This document shows positions 1 to 6,946 of a DNA stretch of 24,000 bases, piece by piece. Source of the DNA: Paenibacillus terricola (GTDB lineage Bacteria; Bacillota; Bacilli; Paenibacillales; Paenibacillaceae); the NCBI RefSeq assembly GCF_014779765.1, contig NZ_JACXZA010000002.1, positions 824,066 through 848,065 of the forward strand, read 5' to 3'. The notes beneath the pieces are model-generated. The model did no database searches and was not told the DNA's origin. It saw nothing but the letters and a program-made list of their open reading frames with translations. The position numbers and the translations under genes were made by a program. The first letter of the stretch is position 1. Each line of letters opens with the position of its first letter.

Positions 1-77
1 TCGAGCTAAGGCTAAATAAATAGAGAAAGAGACAATCTCTACCGGCTGCTTGCCGCTCAAGATAGTCTCTTTTCAAG

Positions 78-851
78 TTACCGCTTATAAGATGCTATCA
101 TTTCACCTGCTGGCACCCCGTTAATGATTAGTCCTTCAATGCTGCAATTCTCAATTCTGACGCCATCTAAGTTACTGTTCATAATCACACTGTTCGTGAA
201 ATCTACCGCATCAATATGTATCGGCTCGTAAGGTTCCGGCTGGAGCAGCCAGCTATCCTTAAGCGACGAGCCTTTAATCCGCATACCGGATAGATTGCAG
301 TTCACCAACTCAACATTAGCCAAGTCGCAGCGATCGACCGTGCTGTGTTTAAAATCATTTTCCGCGAATCGAATAGGTGTCGTATGTCCGCCTAGATCGT
401 GGATAACAGCGCCGTTCATTTGGCTGAATCCGATCTTCAATCCGTCCAGATCCAAATGCTTCAGAGAGAGATTAGCCATGCCGCCATGGTGAATTCGCAT
501 TCCATTAAGCCGACTGTCGAATATTTCGGCGCCGTCCATCACTACATCTCGCATGATAACGCCACGCAGGTTCGAGCTCTCGAACTTTGCTTTTTCCAGG
601 TCTTCACGCACCATTGACTTTCTCGCATGAATCTGAGTCTCTACTCGTCCGAAAAACAATGAATCAATCGTACAGTTAAACAGCTTTGAGATCTTCGGCA
701 GTAAAGTGATGTCCGGCGTCGTAATGCCTGTCTCCCACTTGGAGACGGCTTGACTGGTCACGCCTAGCAAATTACCTAACTCCTGTTGAGTCATATTGCG
801 CTCGACACGGAGTACTTTAATGCGTTCATGAAACTTGATCTCTTCTACCAT
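78..851 (-). CDS. XRE-family helix-turn-helix transcriptional regulator fused to a pentapeptide-repeat-like C-terminal domain
   Basis: The N-terminus ERIKVLRVERNMTQQELGNLLGVTSQAVSKWETGITTPDITLLPKISKLFNCTIDSLF is a classic Cro/C1 HTH. The C-terminal 170 aa show recurring five-residue periodicity (ANLSLKHLDLDGLKI, CDLANVELVNCNLSGMRIKGSSL, VDFTNSVIMNSNLDGVRIENCSIEGL) typical of pentapeptide repeats. Confidence 0.8.
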   Translation of the reverse strand: MVEEIKFHERIKVLRVERNMTQQELGNLLGVTSQAVSKWETGITTPDITLLPKISKLFNCTIDSLFFGRVETQIHARKSMVREDLEKAKFESSNLRGVIMRDVVMDGAEIFDSRLNGMRIHHGGMANLSLKHLDLDGLKIGFSQMNGAVIHDLGGHTTPIRFAENDFKHSTVDRCDLANVELVNCNLSGMRIKGSSLKDSWLLQPEPYEPIHIDAVDFTNSVIMNSNLDGVRIENCSIEGLIINGVPAGEMIASYKR

Positions 852-873
852 GGAGGAGAATCACCAACTCTCT

Positions 874-1182
874 TCAGGATGAACTTATGATGACATAGGT
901 TGGAACTAGCTGACAATGGAAGCAAAGTTGATCGTGTACAACTATTGGTTGTATCGAATGCTTAATCAAAACGTATAACATCATAATTACATTATTGTAA
1001 TTGATGTCCCCGAGAATGAAGTTGTCTTGCTAAGATTGATTAACCGAGTGTTAATAAGACCGCCCAGTCCCCTTATCCGTAACTTTGTAAGTCATATTCT
1101 CATTATGACGGATCAACTGAACATCCGGATCTATGAATGAATACTGCTCTAGAACGGTCCTATAACAATTTGAAAGAACCAT
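874..1182 (-). pseudogene. Possible decayed phosphotransferase (APH/CotS-like) gene remnant
   Basis: My own translation gives ATG 1182 to TAA 1051, encoding MVLSNCYRTVLEQYSFIDPDVQLIRHNENMTYKVTDKGTGRSY. This resembles the N-terminus of APH/CotS-type kinases. After two in-frame stops the same frame reads QDNFILGDINYNNVIMM, resembling the HGDxxxxN catalytic loop with H replaced by L. The total length is far too short for an intact kinase. Confidence 0.3.
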
Positions 1183-1219
1183 ACTCTCACATTACACTCC
1201 AATATGAATTATTGGATAC

Positions 1220-1251
1220 AAATTGAATAAAGCCCGCGCCAGGCGCGGACT
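1220..1251 (-). terminator. Intrinsic terminator after the GNAT gene
   Basis: A GC-rich hairpin (plus strand agcccgcgccaggcgcggact) is followed on the minus strand by CTTTATTCAATTT. It lies 7 nt after the stop at 1258. Confidence 0.55.
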
Positions 1252-1257
1252 TCATTC

Positions 1258-1668
1258 CTAATCATTAAGCTGTTTTTTGAGAAAATAGTGCTGGTGTCCG
1301 CTTGGCGCATCTTCGATGATCGCGATGACCTCGTATCCATACTTTCGATAGAAATCAGGCGCTTGGAAACTGAATGTATTCAGCTTGATGAAAGAGCAAT
1401 GATGCTCCCTCGCAATCCGCTCAGCTTCCGTTAATAAGCGGGATCCGAGTCCCTCGCCGCGATGATGCTCATCCACCCAAATAATATCAATCTCCATCCA
1501 GTTCCAGCACACCGCGCTATTGAGACCAGCGATGATATCACCTTGGTCATTCTTCACACACAGATTGACCTCTTCATAACGTCCATTCGGTACATGAGCC
1601 GAATTGAATGCGATGAGTTGGTTTCTTACATGGGACGCTTCTTCAGTCGTACCTTTAATTAGCTTCAT
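1258..1668 (-). CDS. GNAT family N-acetyltransferase (positional equivalent of B. subtilis yuaI)
   Basis: The acetyl-CoA binding core VDEHHRGEGLGSRLLTEAERIAREH and the C-terminal FYRKYGYE are typical of GNAT. The start overlaps the floT stop by 14 nt. Confidence 0.85.
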   Translation of the reverse strand: MKLIKGTTEEASHVRNQLIAFNSAHVPNGRYEEVNLCVKNDQGDIIAGLNSAVCWNWMEIDIIWVDEHHRGEGLGSRLLTEAERIAREHHCSFIKLNTFSFQAPDFYRKYGYEVIAIIEDAPSGHQHYFLKKQLND

Positions 1669-3163
1669 CAGTCAATCCTTTAGATTCTGCGTTTCCGGTT
1701 GCGACGTTGTTTTGTCTGTTCGTCAGTCCTTTAATCAACTTATTCAGATCAAGACCGGATACGCTCTTCAGCATCTCTGGAGCCGTCGCCATTAGCGAGG
1801 TGACATAGTTACTTACTCTAGCGGCACCTTCACCATGACCGGTGTCAACAACCGTCAGTTGATCAATCCCTTTAATCGGCTCAGCAACTTTGCCGGCGAG
1901 TTCTGGCAGCATTTTGACGACGATATCAAGCACGGCAGCTTCTCCGAATTTCTCGAAAGCTTGCGCAAGCTTCTCCTTCGCCTCTGCTTCTGCTAAGCCT
2001 CTCAGACGAATAACCTCCGCCTCCGCCGTACCTTTCGCGCGTTCTGCATCCGCTATTGCGAGGCCTTCAAGCCTGCGCTGCTCCGCATTTGCTCTTGCCT
2101 CTGCTTCGATCCGGTATTGCACGGCATCCGCCTCACGCAGCTGCTTCGCTTTATCGGCTTCAGCTGCCTGCTCAACTGCATAACGGTCTGCATCGGCTTT
2201 CTTCTTCACTTCAGCATCGTACTGCTTCTCGCGGCGAAGAATTTCTTTGCCTTCGAGGTCGATCTCACGCTCTTTGCGAACGAGCTCTACGCGCATCTGT
2301 TCCTCGACCACAGACTGCTTCGCACGAGCTTCGTGAATCGAATAGGCTTGGTCCGCTTCTGCTTTCGCCGTGTCCTGCTCCTTCTTAAACGCAGCGATCT
2401 TCAGCTCTTTCTCCTTGCCGGCCTCTGCGATATTCGTATCCCTCAGCAGTTCCGCCTTCTGGCCTTCTTCTTCCGCTCTTGCTTTCTGTATTCTCGAGTC
2501 ACGGATCGCTTCAGCCTCAGCAATGTCCGCATCACGCTTAACAGCAGCAATACGCGGTTTACCGAGTGCTTCGAGATAACCATGTTTATCTCTTACATCC
2601 TTGATCGTGAAGGAAACAATCAAAAGTCCCATTTTCTTCAAATCGCGTGCGGCAACGCTTTGTACTTCTTGCGCAAACTTGTCGCGGTTACGATATACTT
2701 CTTCCACTGTCATGGAACCGAGAATCGCACGCAGATGACCTTCCAGCACCTCTTGGGCTTCAGATTTCAAAGACTCAATTGGTTTGCCCATGAACTGTTC
2801 AGCCGCTGTTGCTACGTCCTCAACAAGACCACCGATTTTGATGATCGCTACACCATCTGCGAGAACAGGCACACCTTGTTCTGTGTACACTTCAGGTGTC
2901 GATACATCAAGCTTATGAGACAGAAGCGATAGAAACTCCGACTGCTGGAAGATAGGCAGAATGAATGCGCCACCACCGCGTACGATTTTGATTTTACGAC
3001 CGGTATCATCGGTAGAGACGTTGCTGCTGCCCAAGAAAGAACCGGTAACGATCATTGCCTCATCCGGACCGACAGTCTTATATCTCGCCCAGAATGCAAG
3101 CCCCAGTACAATAATAACTCCAACAACAATTGACGGTATAATCAAATAATCAGGCATATTCAA
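1655..3163 (-). CDS. floT: Flotillin (SPFH/Band-7 domain protein, FloT/YuaG-like)
   Basis: 502 aa. It has an N-terminal membrane hairpin (IIPSIVVGVIIVLGLAFWARY), an SPFH domain and a long Ala/Glu/Lys-rich coiled-coil flotillin repeat region. The N-terminus MNMPDYLII parallels B. subtilis FloT. TTG start with AGGAG 5 nt upstream. Confidence 0.95.
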   Translation of the reverse strand: MNMPDYLIIPSIVVGVIIVLGLAFWARYKTVGPDEAMIVTGSFLGSSNVSTDDTGRKIKIVRGGGAFILPIFQQSEFLSLLSHKLDVSTPEVYTEQGVPVLADGVAIIKIGGLVEDVATAAEQFMGKPIESLKSEAQEVLEGHLRAILGSMTVEEVYRNRDKFAQEVQSVAARDLKKMGLLIVSFTIKDVRDKHGYLEALGKPRIAAVKRDADIAEAEAIRDSRIQKARAEEEGQKAELLRDTNIAEAGKEKELKIAAFKKEQDTAKAEADQAYSIHEARAKQSVVEEQMRVELVRKEREIDLEGKEILRREKQYDAEVKKKADADRYAVEQAAEADKAKQLREADAVQYRIEAEARANAEQRRLEGLAIADAERAKGTAEAEVIRLRGLAEAEAKEKLAQAFEKFGEAAVLDIVVKMLPELAGKVAEPIKGIDQLTVVDTGHGEGAARVSNYVTSLMATAPEMLKSVSGLDLNKLIKGLTNRQNNVATGNAESKGLTDEAN

Positions 3164-3187
3164 ATCTTCTCCTCTCTCTGATTGGAT

Positions 3188-3721
3188 TTATATATCGAAT
3201 TTCGATACGAACAGGACACCTTCTGACGCATCGACATCGACAACGATAATTTTGGCTTCCGATGGAATATCAGTTCCATAAAAGCTGGAAGCAATATAAT
3301 TGGAACGCGCTGCGCCAACCTGAATCAGGACCTCACCGAATCCTTGTGCGGGAATCGGGACCAGCACCTCGCCAATCAGACCTTCCAGCTCGCGAATCGA
3401 GAACCCTACTGAATTCTCGCTCCTTTCCATCGGTCGGATGTAAGCGAAGTACAAGCCCAGAGCAAGTGCTGACGCAATGAGGAATGTTAGGATGAGAACC
3501 ACGATATTACCCAATTCGGTGTATTCATGTAGAAGCAAGCCTGCCCCGCCGAATATCGTTACCCAACTAGCAATGACAGTAGGTCGGAATAAGCTGTACC
3601 CTTCGACCGACAAGAAATCGAGCGCACCGTCCAGCGATGCACTAATCCAATCACCTAATAGAACACTAATTATGGCGAATAGAATGCCTCCGACTAGACA
3701 TGACAAGAATAGCGTTTCCAT
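3188..3721 (-). CDS. yuaF: NfeD-family membrane protein (YuaF-like)
   Basis: 177 aa with several N-terminal TM helices and a C-terminal soluble beta domain (GEVLVPIPAQGFGEVLIQVGAARSNYIASS). It sits immediately upstream of flotillin, as in the B. subtilis yuaF-floT-yuaI operon. SD AAAGGAGGTG precedes the ATG. Confidence 0.85.
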   Translation of the reverse strand: METLFLSCLVGGILFAIISVLLGDWISASLDGALDFLSVEGYSLFRPTVIASWVTIFGGAGLLLHEYTELGNIVVLILTFLIASALALGLYFAYIRPMERSENSVGFSIRELEGLIGEVLVPIPAQGFGEVLIQVGAARSNYIASSFYGTDIPSEAKIIVVDVDASEGVLFVSKFDI

Positions 3722-3843
3722 TCCTACACCTCCTTTACAAATTGCTTAGCAGCAGCTAACGAATGTTTACGATAACGTTGGAGTCAGGCTTTTTAGTGAC
3801 CCTAAATATATGCCATCATGCGCAACGAGTATGCCGTCATCTT

Positions 3844-3880
3844 GCAAACGTACAAAAGGAGCCCTTGGCGACAGGCTCCT
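3844..3880 (-). terminator. Intrinsic terminator-like hairpin with no adjacent upstream minus-strand gene
   Basis: Stem aggagcc (3857-3863) pairs with ggctcct (3874-3880), a 7-bp stem with a 10-nt loop. On the minus strand it is followed by TTTTGTACGTTTG. The nearest upstream minus-strand CDS ends at 4371. Confidence 0.5.
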
Positions 3881-4140
3881 CCTATGTATGAAACGTATTT
3901 GGTTAACTTACTATAACTGCTGCTTATTATTATTTTACTATCAAACACTTCAGATGTAAATGTTTTACTTTACTAGTGTGTACATCCTACGACGAATACA
4001 GCAGAATCAGAAATCCAATACGACATGCTGCCAATCCCTCATCATTCAGACCTTCCCCTATTCCGTGACTTACATCGTTGAAAAAAGGAAATACTTGTGT
4101 CGTAGCCGTGACTTTCGAGCGGAAAAGGAGGGAACACTTC

Positions 4141-4308
4141 ATGCACCAATATCCAACCGCATCTTTACCGGTAGATGCCGTTCAGCAGATTCAGGATCTC
4201 GAGCATGCGTTATCGCGATCAACGGGAGACAATATCATTCTTATTGCGTACCAGCAGGACTCGAACGAGCAATCCGATGCTGCTCAATCGTTCTACGATA
4301 AGGATTAA
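4141..4308 (+). CDS. Small acidic hypothetical protein (55 aa)
   Basis: The ATG at 4141 is preceded by AAAAGGAGGG with a 7-8 nt spacer. The 4078 start in the ORF track lacks an SD. Product: MHQYPTASLPVDAVQQIQDLEHALSRSTGDNIILIAYQQDSNEQSDAAQSFYDKD. I recognise no family. Confidence 0.5.
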   Translation: MHQYPTASLPVDAVQQIQDLEHALSRSTGDNIILIAYQQDSNEQSDAAQSFYDKD

Positions 4309-4328
4309 GTACATAGTGAATGAAGCGC

Positions 4329-4362
4329 TTAGCCCAGGGAGGATCGACTTCTCTGGGCTAAC
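4329..4362. terminator. Hairpin between convergent genes (possible U-tract-poor bidirectional terminator)
   Basis: A 9-bp perfect stem, ttagcccag (4329-4337) with ctgggctaa (4354-4362). It lies between the small plus-strand gene (ends 4308) and the DHDPS-family gene (ends 4371). There is no clear T tract on either side. Confidence 0.4.
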
Positions 4363-4370
4363 TGCATTCC

Positions 4371-5264
4371 TTAAGATTGAAGCGCTAGACGTTGAATAAC
4401 TTCGTCCAATTGTTGTCGTGCTTTCTCATCCAACCCTTGAATCGGCTGAGGCAGATTGGGGTTGCTGCCAATTCCGAGCCGCAGCGCAGCGGAGGCGATT
4501 ACACGTAATCCGCCATGCTGACGGAACAATTCCCATAGAGGCTCCAACTGTTCCGACAGCGCCAGCGCTTCCTCTGCACTGCCTGTTAGAGCAGCGCGTG
4601 TAATTCGAAGACTGATCTCCGGATATAATCCACCAAGTACCGAGTACCATATATCACAGCCTGCGTTTAATCCAGCTGCAGCTGACCAATCCCCGCTAAT
4701 GCCGATTTTCACATGTGAAGGGATAAGAGCGCGAAGCTGGTCCACCCTCGCCTTCGCTTCATCGTGGTTCGACGATACAGGCGGGATTTTAATCGAACCA
4801 ATATTCGGCAGTTGAGCGATCTCGCCCAATAATTCATCACGGAAGGTGAAATGCGTCACGCGAGGATTATCGTACACACATAACGGAATCGACAACGAAC
4901 GAGTGACTGTTTCATAGAGTGAGTAAACTTCCCGTTCAGTCAACGGCTGATAGGAAACTGGAGCTAACAGCACTGCACTTACGCCTGCTTCCTGCGCATC
5001 TTCCGCAAATTGAAGAACATCACGCGTACGCAGAGAACCAATCCCAACCATAACCGGGATTCCATTCGCGTGCTGTACTGCAAATGTTGCAGCGCGCTTC
5101 CGTTCTTCTCGCGTAAGATAGGCATAGCTGCCGGTTGATCCCAAAGCGCTTATCGAGTCGACCTTCGCATCTGCCGCCCGCTGTATGAGTCGAATGAAAG
5201 CCTCCTCATCTATTCCTGATTCGTTCATTGGTGTTAGTGGAAATGCAGATAGACCTGTAAACAT
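4371..5264 (-). CDS. Dihydrodipicolinate synthase family protein (class I aldolase/lyase)
   Basis: MFTGLSAFPLTPMNESGIDEEAFIRLI...GSTGSYAYLTREERK...IGSIKIPP matches the DapA/NAL family layout with a candidate Schiff-base lysine. I place the start at ATG 5264 (M31 of the track ORF), which has AGGAGTGGTGATT directly upstream. Confidence 0.85.
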   Translation of the reverse strand: MFTGLSAFPLTPMNESGIDEEAFIRLIQRAADAKVDSISALGSTGSYAYLTREERKRAATFAVQHANGIPVMVGIGSLRTRDVLQFAEDAQEAGVSAVLLAPVSYQPLTEREVYSLYETVTRSLSIPLCVYDNPRVTHFTFRDELLGEIAQLPNIGSIKIPPVSSNHDEAKARVDQLRALIPSHVKIGISGDWSAAAGLNAGCDIWYSVLGGLYPEISLRITRAALTGSAEEALALSEQLEPLWELFRQHGGLRVIASAALRLGIGSNPNLPQPIQGLDEKARQQLDEVIQRLALQS

Positions 5265-5309
5265 AATCACCACTCCTAGTAGAAGCTTCTCAATATCACT
5301 ATGTAGCTC

Positions 5310-5338
5310 ATCATATCGGTTTGGACCATTGAACACAA
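5310..5338 (-). promoter_or_regulatory. Candidate sigma-A promoter for the DHDPS-family gene
   Basis: The minus strand reads TTGTGT, a 17-nt spacer, then TATGAT, about 45 nt upstream of ATG 5264. Confidence 0.35.
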
Positions 5339-5370
5339 TCCATCTGCAGGTCAAAAATGGAAGTTCGTAA

Positions 5371-5401
5371 TATAAAAATCACCCCTCATTCGAGGGGTGA
5401 T
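5371..5401 (-). terminator. Intrinsic terminator closing the Cys-peptide operon
   Basis: A perfect 10-bp stem, atcacccctc (5378-5387) with gaggggtgat (5392-5401), and a 4-nt loop. On the minus strand it is followed by TTTTATA. It begins 9 nt after the peptide stop codon. Confidence 0.85.
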
Positions 5402-5410
5402 CTCTACAAT

Positions 5411-5575
5411 CTAGCAGCAGCCGAGATTATATTGGCTAGTCAGTGTGCAAACGCCATCGCAATTGTAATAAATTTTATATTGAAAAGTTCTTTGATAATA
5501 AGCGCCGCCGGAGCACTGTGTGCTCAAGCAAGTTGCCGCGATTGGGCAAACTGAGTTATCAACTACACATGCCAT
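5411..5575 (-). CDS. 54-aa leaderless cysteine-rich peptide (8 Cys), candidate disulfide-rich defensin-like bacteriocin
   Basis: My own translation, not in the supplied track (under 60 aa): MACVVDNSVCPIAATCLSTQCSGGAYYQRTFQYKIYYNCDGVCTLTSQYNLGCC. ATG 5575 is preceded by AAGGGAGGTGA plus a 5-nt spacer. It lies 29 nt after the upstream gene stop and has a terminator 9 nt after its TAG. There is no signal peptide and no double-glycine leader. Confidence 0.7.
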   Translation of the reverse strand: MACVVDNSVCPIAATCLSTQCSGGAYYQRTFQYKIYYNCDGVCTLTSQYNLGCC

Positions 5576-5604
5576 GATTGTCACCTCCCTTCATAGGCAG
5601 TTTG

Positions 5605-6009
5605 TTAACCCTCGCCTACCGTAATATAAGTCTTACAAATTGGCCGTTCTTCTATTTCCAGCGAGTATTCGTAAACCCCCTCTTCGATAACCGGGAATCG
5701 AACATGTCCTATCATATCAATCCCTGGCACTCGGCCTGGCGGGCGCATATTCAAGATTGGCTGCAGCCCTACATAACTAAGAATCTTACCTGAAGCATTT
5801 CTTACAACAACGGCTGGAGAACGATTCTCCACATCGCCTTTCATCGATTCGGGAAACAACACCTTGACCAGCACTTCCGTTACAACCGCTGCAGGGAAAA
5901 TGGGTACAGTCACATGATTGTACGCGTGATGCACATTATGAAACTTTTCTTTGCTGTTGAACTGAACCTGCTCTGCGATGACGAGTTGGCCAACCACTTC
6001 ATTAAGCAT
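5605..6009 (-). CDS. Hypothetical protein (134 aa), unknown function, translationally coupled in the Cys-peptide operon
   Basis: ATG 6009 is preceded by GAAGGTGAT and overlaps the upstream stop (ATGCTTAA, an 8-nt overlap). The track start 6024 is a GTG inside the upstream gene. The product is beta-rich in appearance (VVVRNASGKILSYVG, EEGVYEYSLEIEERPICKTYITV), with no TM segment and no motif I can name. Confidence 0.7.
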   Translation of the reverse strand: MLNEVVGQLVIAEQVQFNSKEKFHNVHHAYNHVTVPIFPAAVVTEVLVKVLFPESMKGDVENRSPAVVVRNASGKILSYVGLQPILNMRPPGRVPGIDMIGHVRFPVIEEGVYEYSLEIEERPICKTYITVGEG

Positions 6010-6451
6010 TCCGATCACCTTCACTGTTCAGCGCTTGCGCAATTTGATCAAGCTGTTCGCCGTTCCCGTATTCAAGCACTTGTCCATCTGTATTCACAAC
6101 ATAAACGAATGGCGTGACCGGCACGTTGAAGTGATCATCATAATCCTCTAAGAACGAATAGATCGGGAAGTCAAACCCGAAGTATTCACGCATATCTTCC
6201 GTTTCCTCCAGATCACCATCTGTTACGAGAATGAAGCGATGATTGCCATTGAAACGCGCAAGCTCTGGAATTAATCGCATGCATGTACTGCAAGTCATCG
6301 AAATGAAATAAAAGATCGAAGTCGATTCAAGTTTAGGGGTTGGAGAAAGCTTCTCATAAGGAAACCTTTCGTTCTCGTCAAAAGGAGTAAACTCCGTTTT
6401 GCGCCCCCCATAGGCTTCCATAAATTTGCTCTTCAATTTCTCTAGCGACAT
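6002..6451 (-). CDS. Thioredoxin-fold thiol-disulfide oxidoreductase (TlpA/ResA-like), CSTC active site
   Basis: IFYFISMTCSTCMRLIPEL contains a CXXC motif after a beta strand. The later VPVTPFVYVVNTDGQV carries the cis-Pro region typical of the thioredoxin fold. SD AAGAGGGTGA precedes the ATG. No signal peptide or TM helix is visible. Confidence 0.8.
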   Translation of the reverse strand: MSLEKLKSKFMEAYGGRKTEFTPFDENERFPYEKLSPTPKLESTSIFYFISMTCSTCMRLIPELARFNGNHRFILVTDGDLEETEDMREYFGFDFPIYSFLEDYDDHFNVPVTPFVYVVNTDGQVLEYGNGEQLDQIAQALNSEGDRNA

Positions 6452-6468
6452 GAATTCACCCTCTTCGT

Positions 6469-6930
6469 CTATACGATTTTGACTAGCGGTTCAACGATAT
6501 GATCGAACGCCCCCATGAACAGACAGTTGTTCGTTTCTACAACCTGTCCTAACCGATTAAGTACAAACCCGCTTGGCAGCTCCATTACCCGCATTCTCTT
6601 CGTCAGGTCATGTTTCGTTACCCGATAAACATGTGGTACCCGTTCACCGAACACTTGCTGCACTTCTTCAAACATTTCTTCTTTACAGTAGATCAGAATG
6701 GCTATGTTATAACGCTTATGATGCTGCTCAAGGAACTGATCGAGTATTTCCATGGATTCCAGACAGCTTGTGCATTCAACACTGTAGCATAAGAAGAACA
6801 AGTGGTTCGTAATGAGATCGTACAACCGGAGCTCCCCTGCGTTCAGTGTTTGAATCGATATATCCGGCAAGTAATCGCCAAGGATAAGCGGGGACTTGAA
6901 GTACCTACTAATAGAATCAGGTTGGTTCAT
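6469..6930 (-). CDS. Thioredoxin-fold thiol-disulfide oxidoreductase (AhpC/TSA-redoxin-like), CTSC active site
   Basis: GDYLPDISIQTLNAGELRLYDL...LFFLCYSVECTSCLESM is the redoxin-type entry to a CXXC, followed later by ELPSGFVLNRLGQVV. I prefer ATG 6930 (AAGGGAG with a 9-nt spacer, 16 nt after the upstream stop) over the TTG at 6960 in the track. Confidence 0.8.
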   Translation of the reverse strand: MNQPDSISRYFKSPLILGDYLPDISIQTLNAGELRLYDLITNHLFFLCYSVECTSCLESMEILDQFLEQHHKRYNIAILIYCKEEMFEEVQQVFGERVPHVYRVTKHDLTKRMRVMELPSGFVLNRLGQVVETNNCLFMGAFDHIVEPLVKIV

Positions 6931-6946
6931 GCTCTTAAGCTCCCTT

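Noticed and set aside
1-77. Possible terminator for the HTH gene (GAAAGAGAC ... GTCTCTTTC arms)
   Set aside because: The arms are separated by a loop of about 31 nt, the inner pairing is unclear, and the window edge truncates the context. This is too weak to call.
1890-2932. Several long plus-strand ORFs (97-271 aa, Ala/Ser/Leu-rich) inside floT
   Set aside because: They are antisense shadows of the Glu/Ala/Lys-rich coiled-coil region of flotillin. They are low-complexity, have no SDs and are mutually overlapping.
3722-3860. Sigma-W promoter expected upstream of yuaF-floT by analogy with B. subtilis
   Set aside because: I searched the minus strand for TGAAAC-n16-CGTA and found only poor partial matches (for example GTAAAC with no CGTA at the right spacing), so I make no promoter call.
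3960-4301. 113-aa plus-strand ORF, and the 4078 start of the 76-aa ORF
   Set aside because: Neither start has an SD. The only strong SD (AAAAGGAGGG) serves the ATG at 4141. The 113-aa ORF is in a different frame overlapping that gene and has odd Cys/Arg-rich composition.
5357-5554. 65-aa plus-strand ORF in the track, antisense to the Cys-rich peptide gene
   Set aside because: It has no SD before its ATG and starts upstream of the terminator hairpin, running through it. Its sequence is the mirror of a much better supported minus-strand gene, which has a perfect SD, operon context and a terminator.
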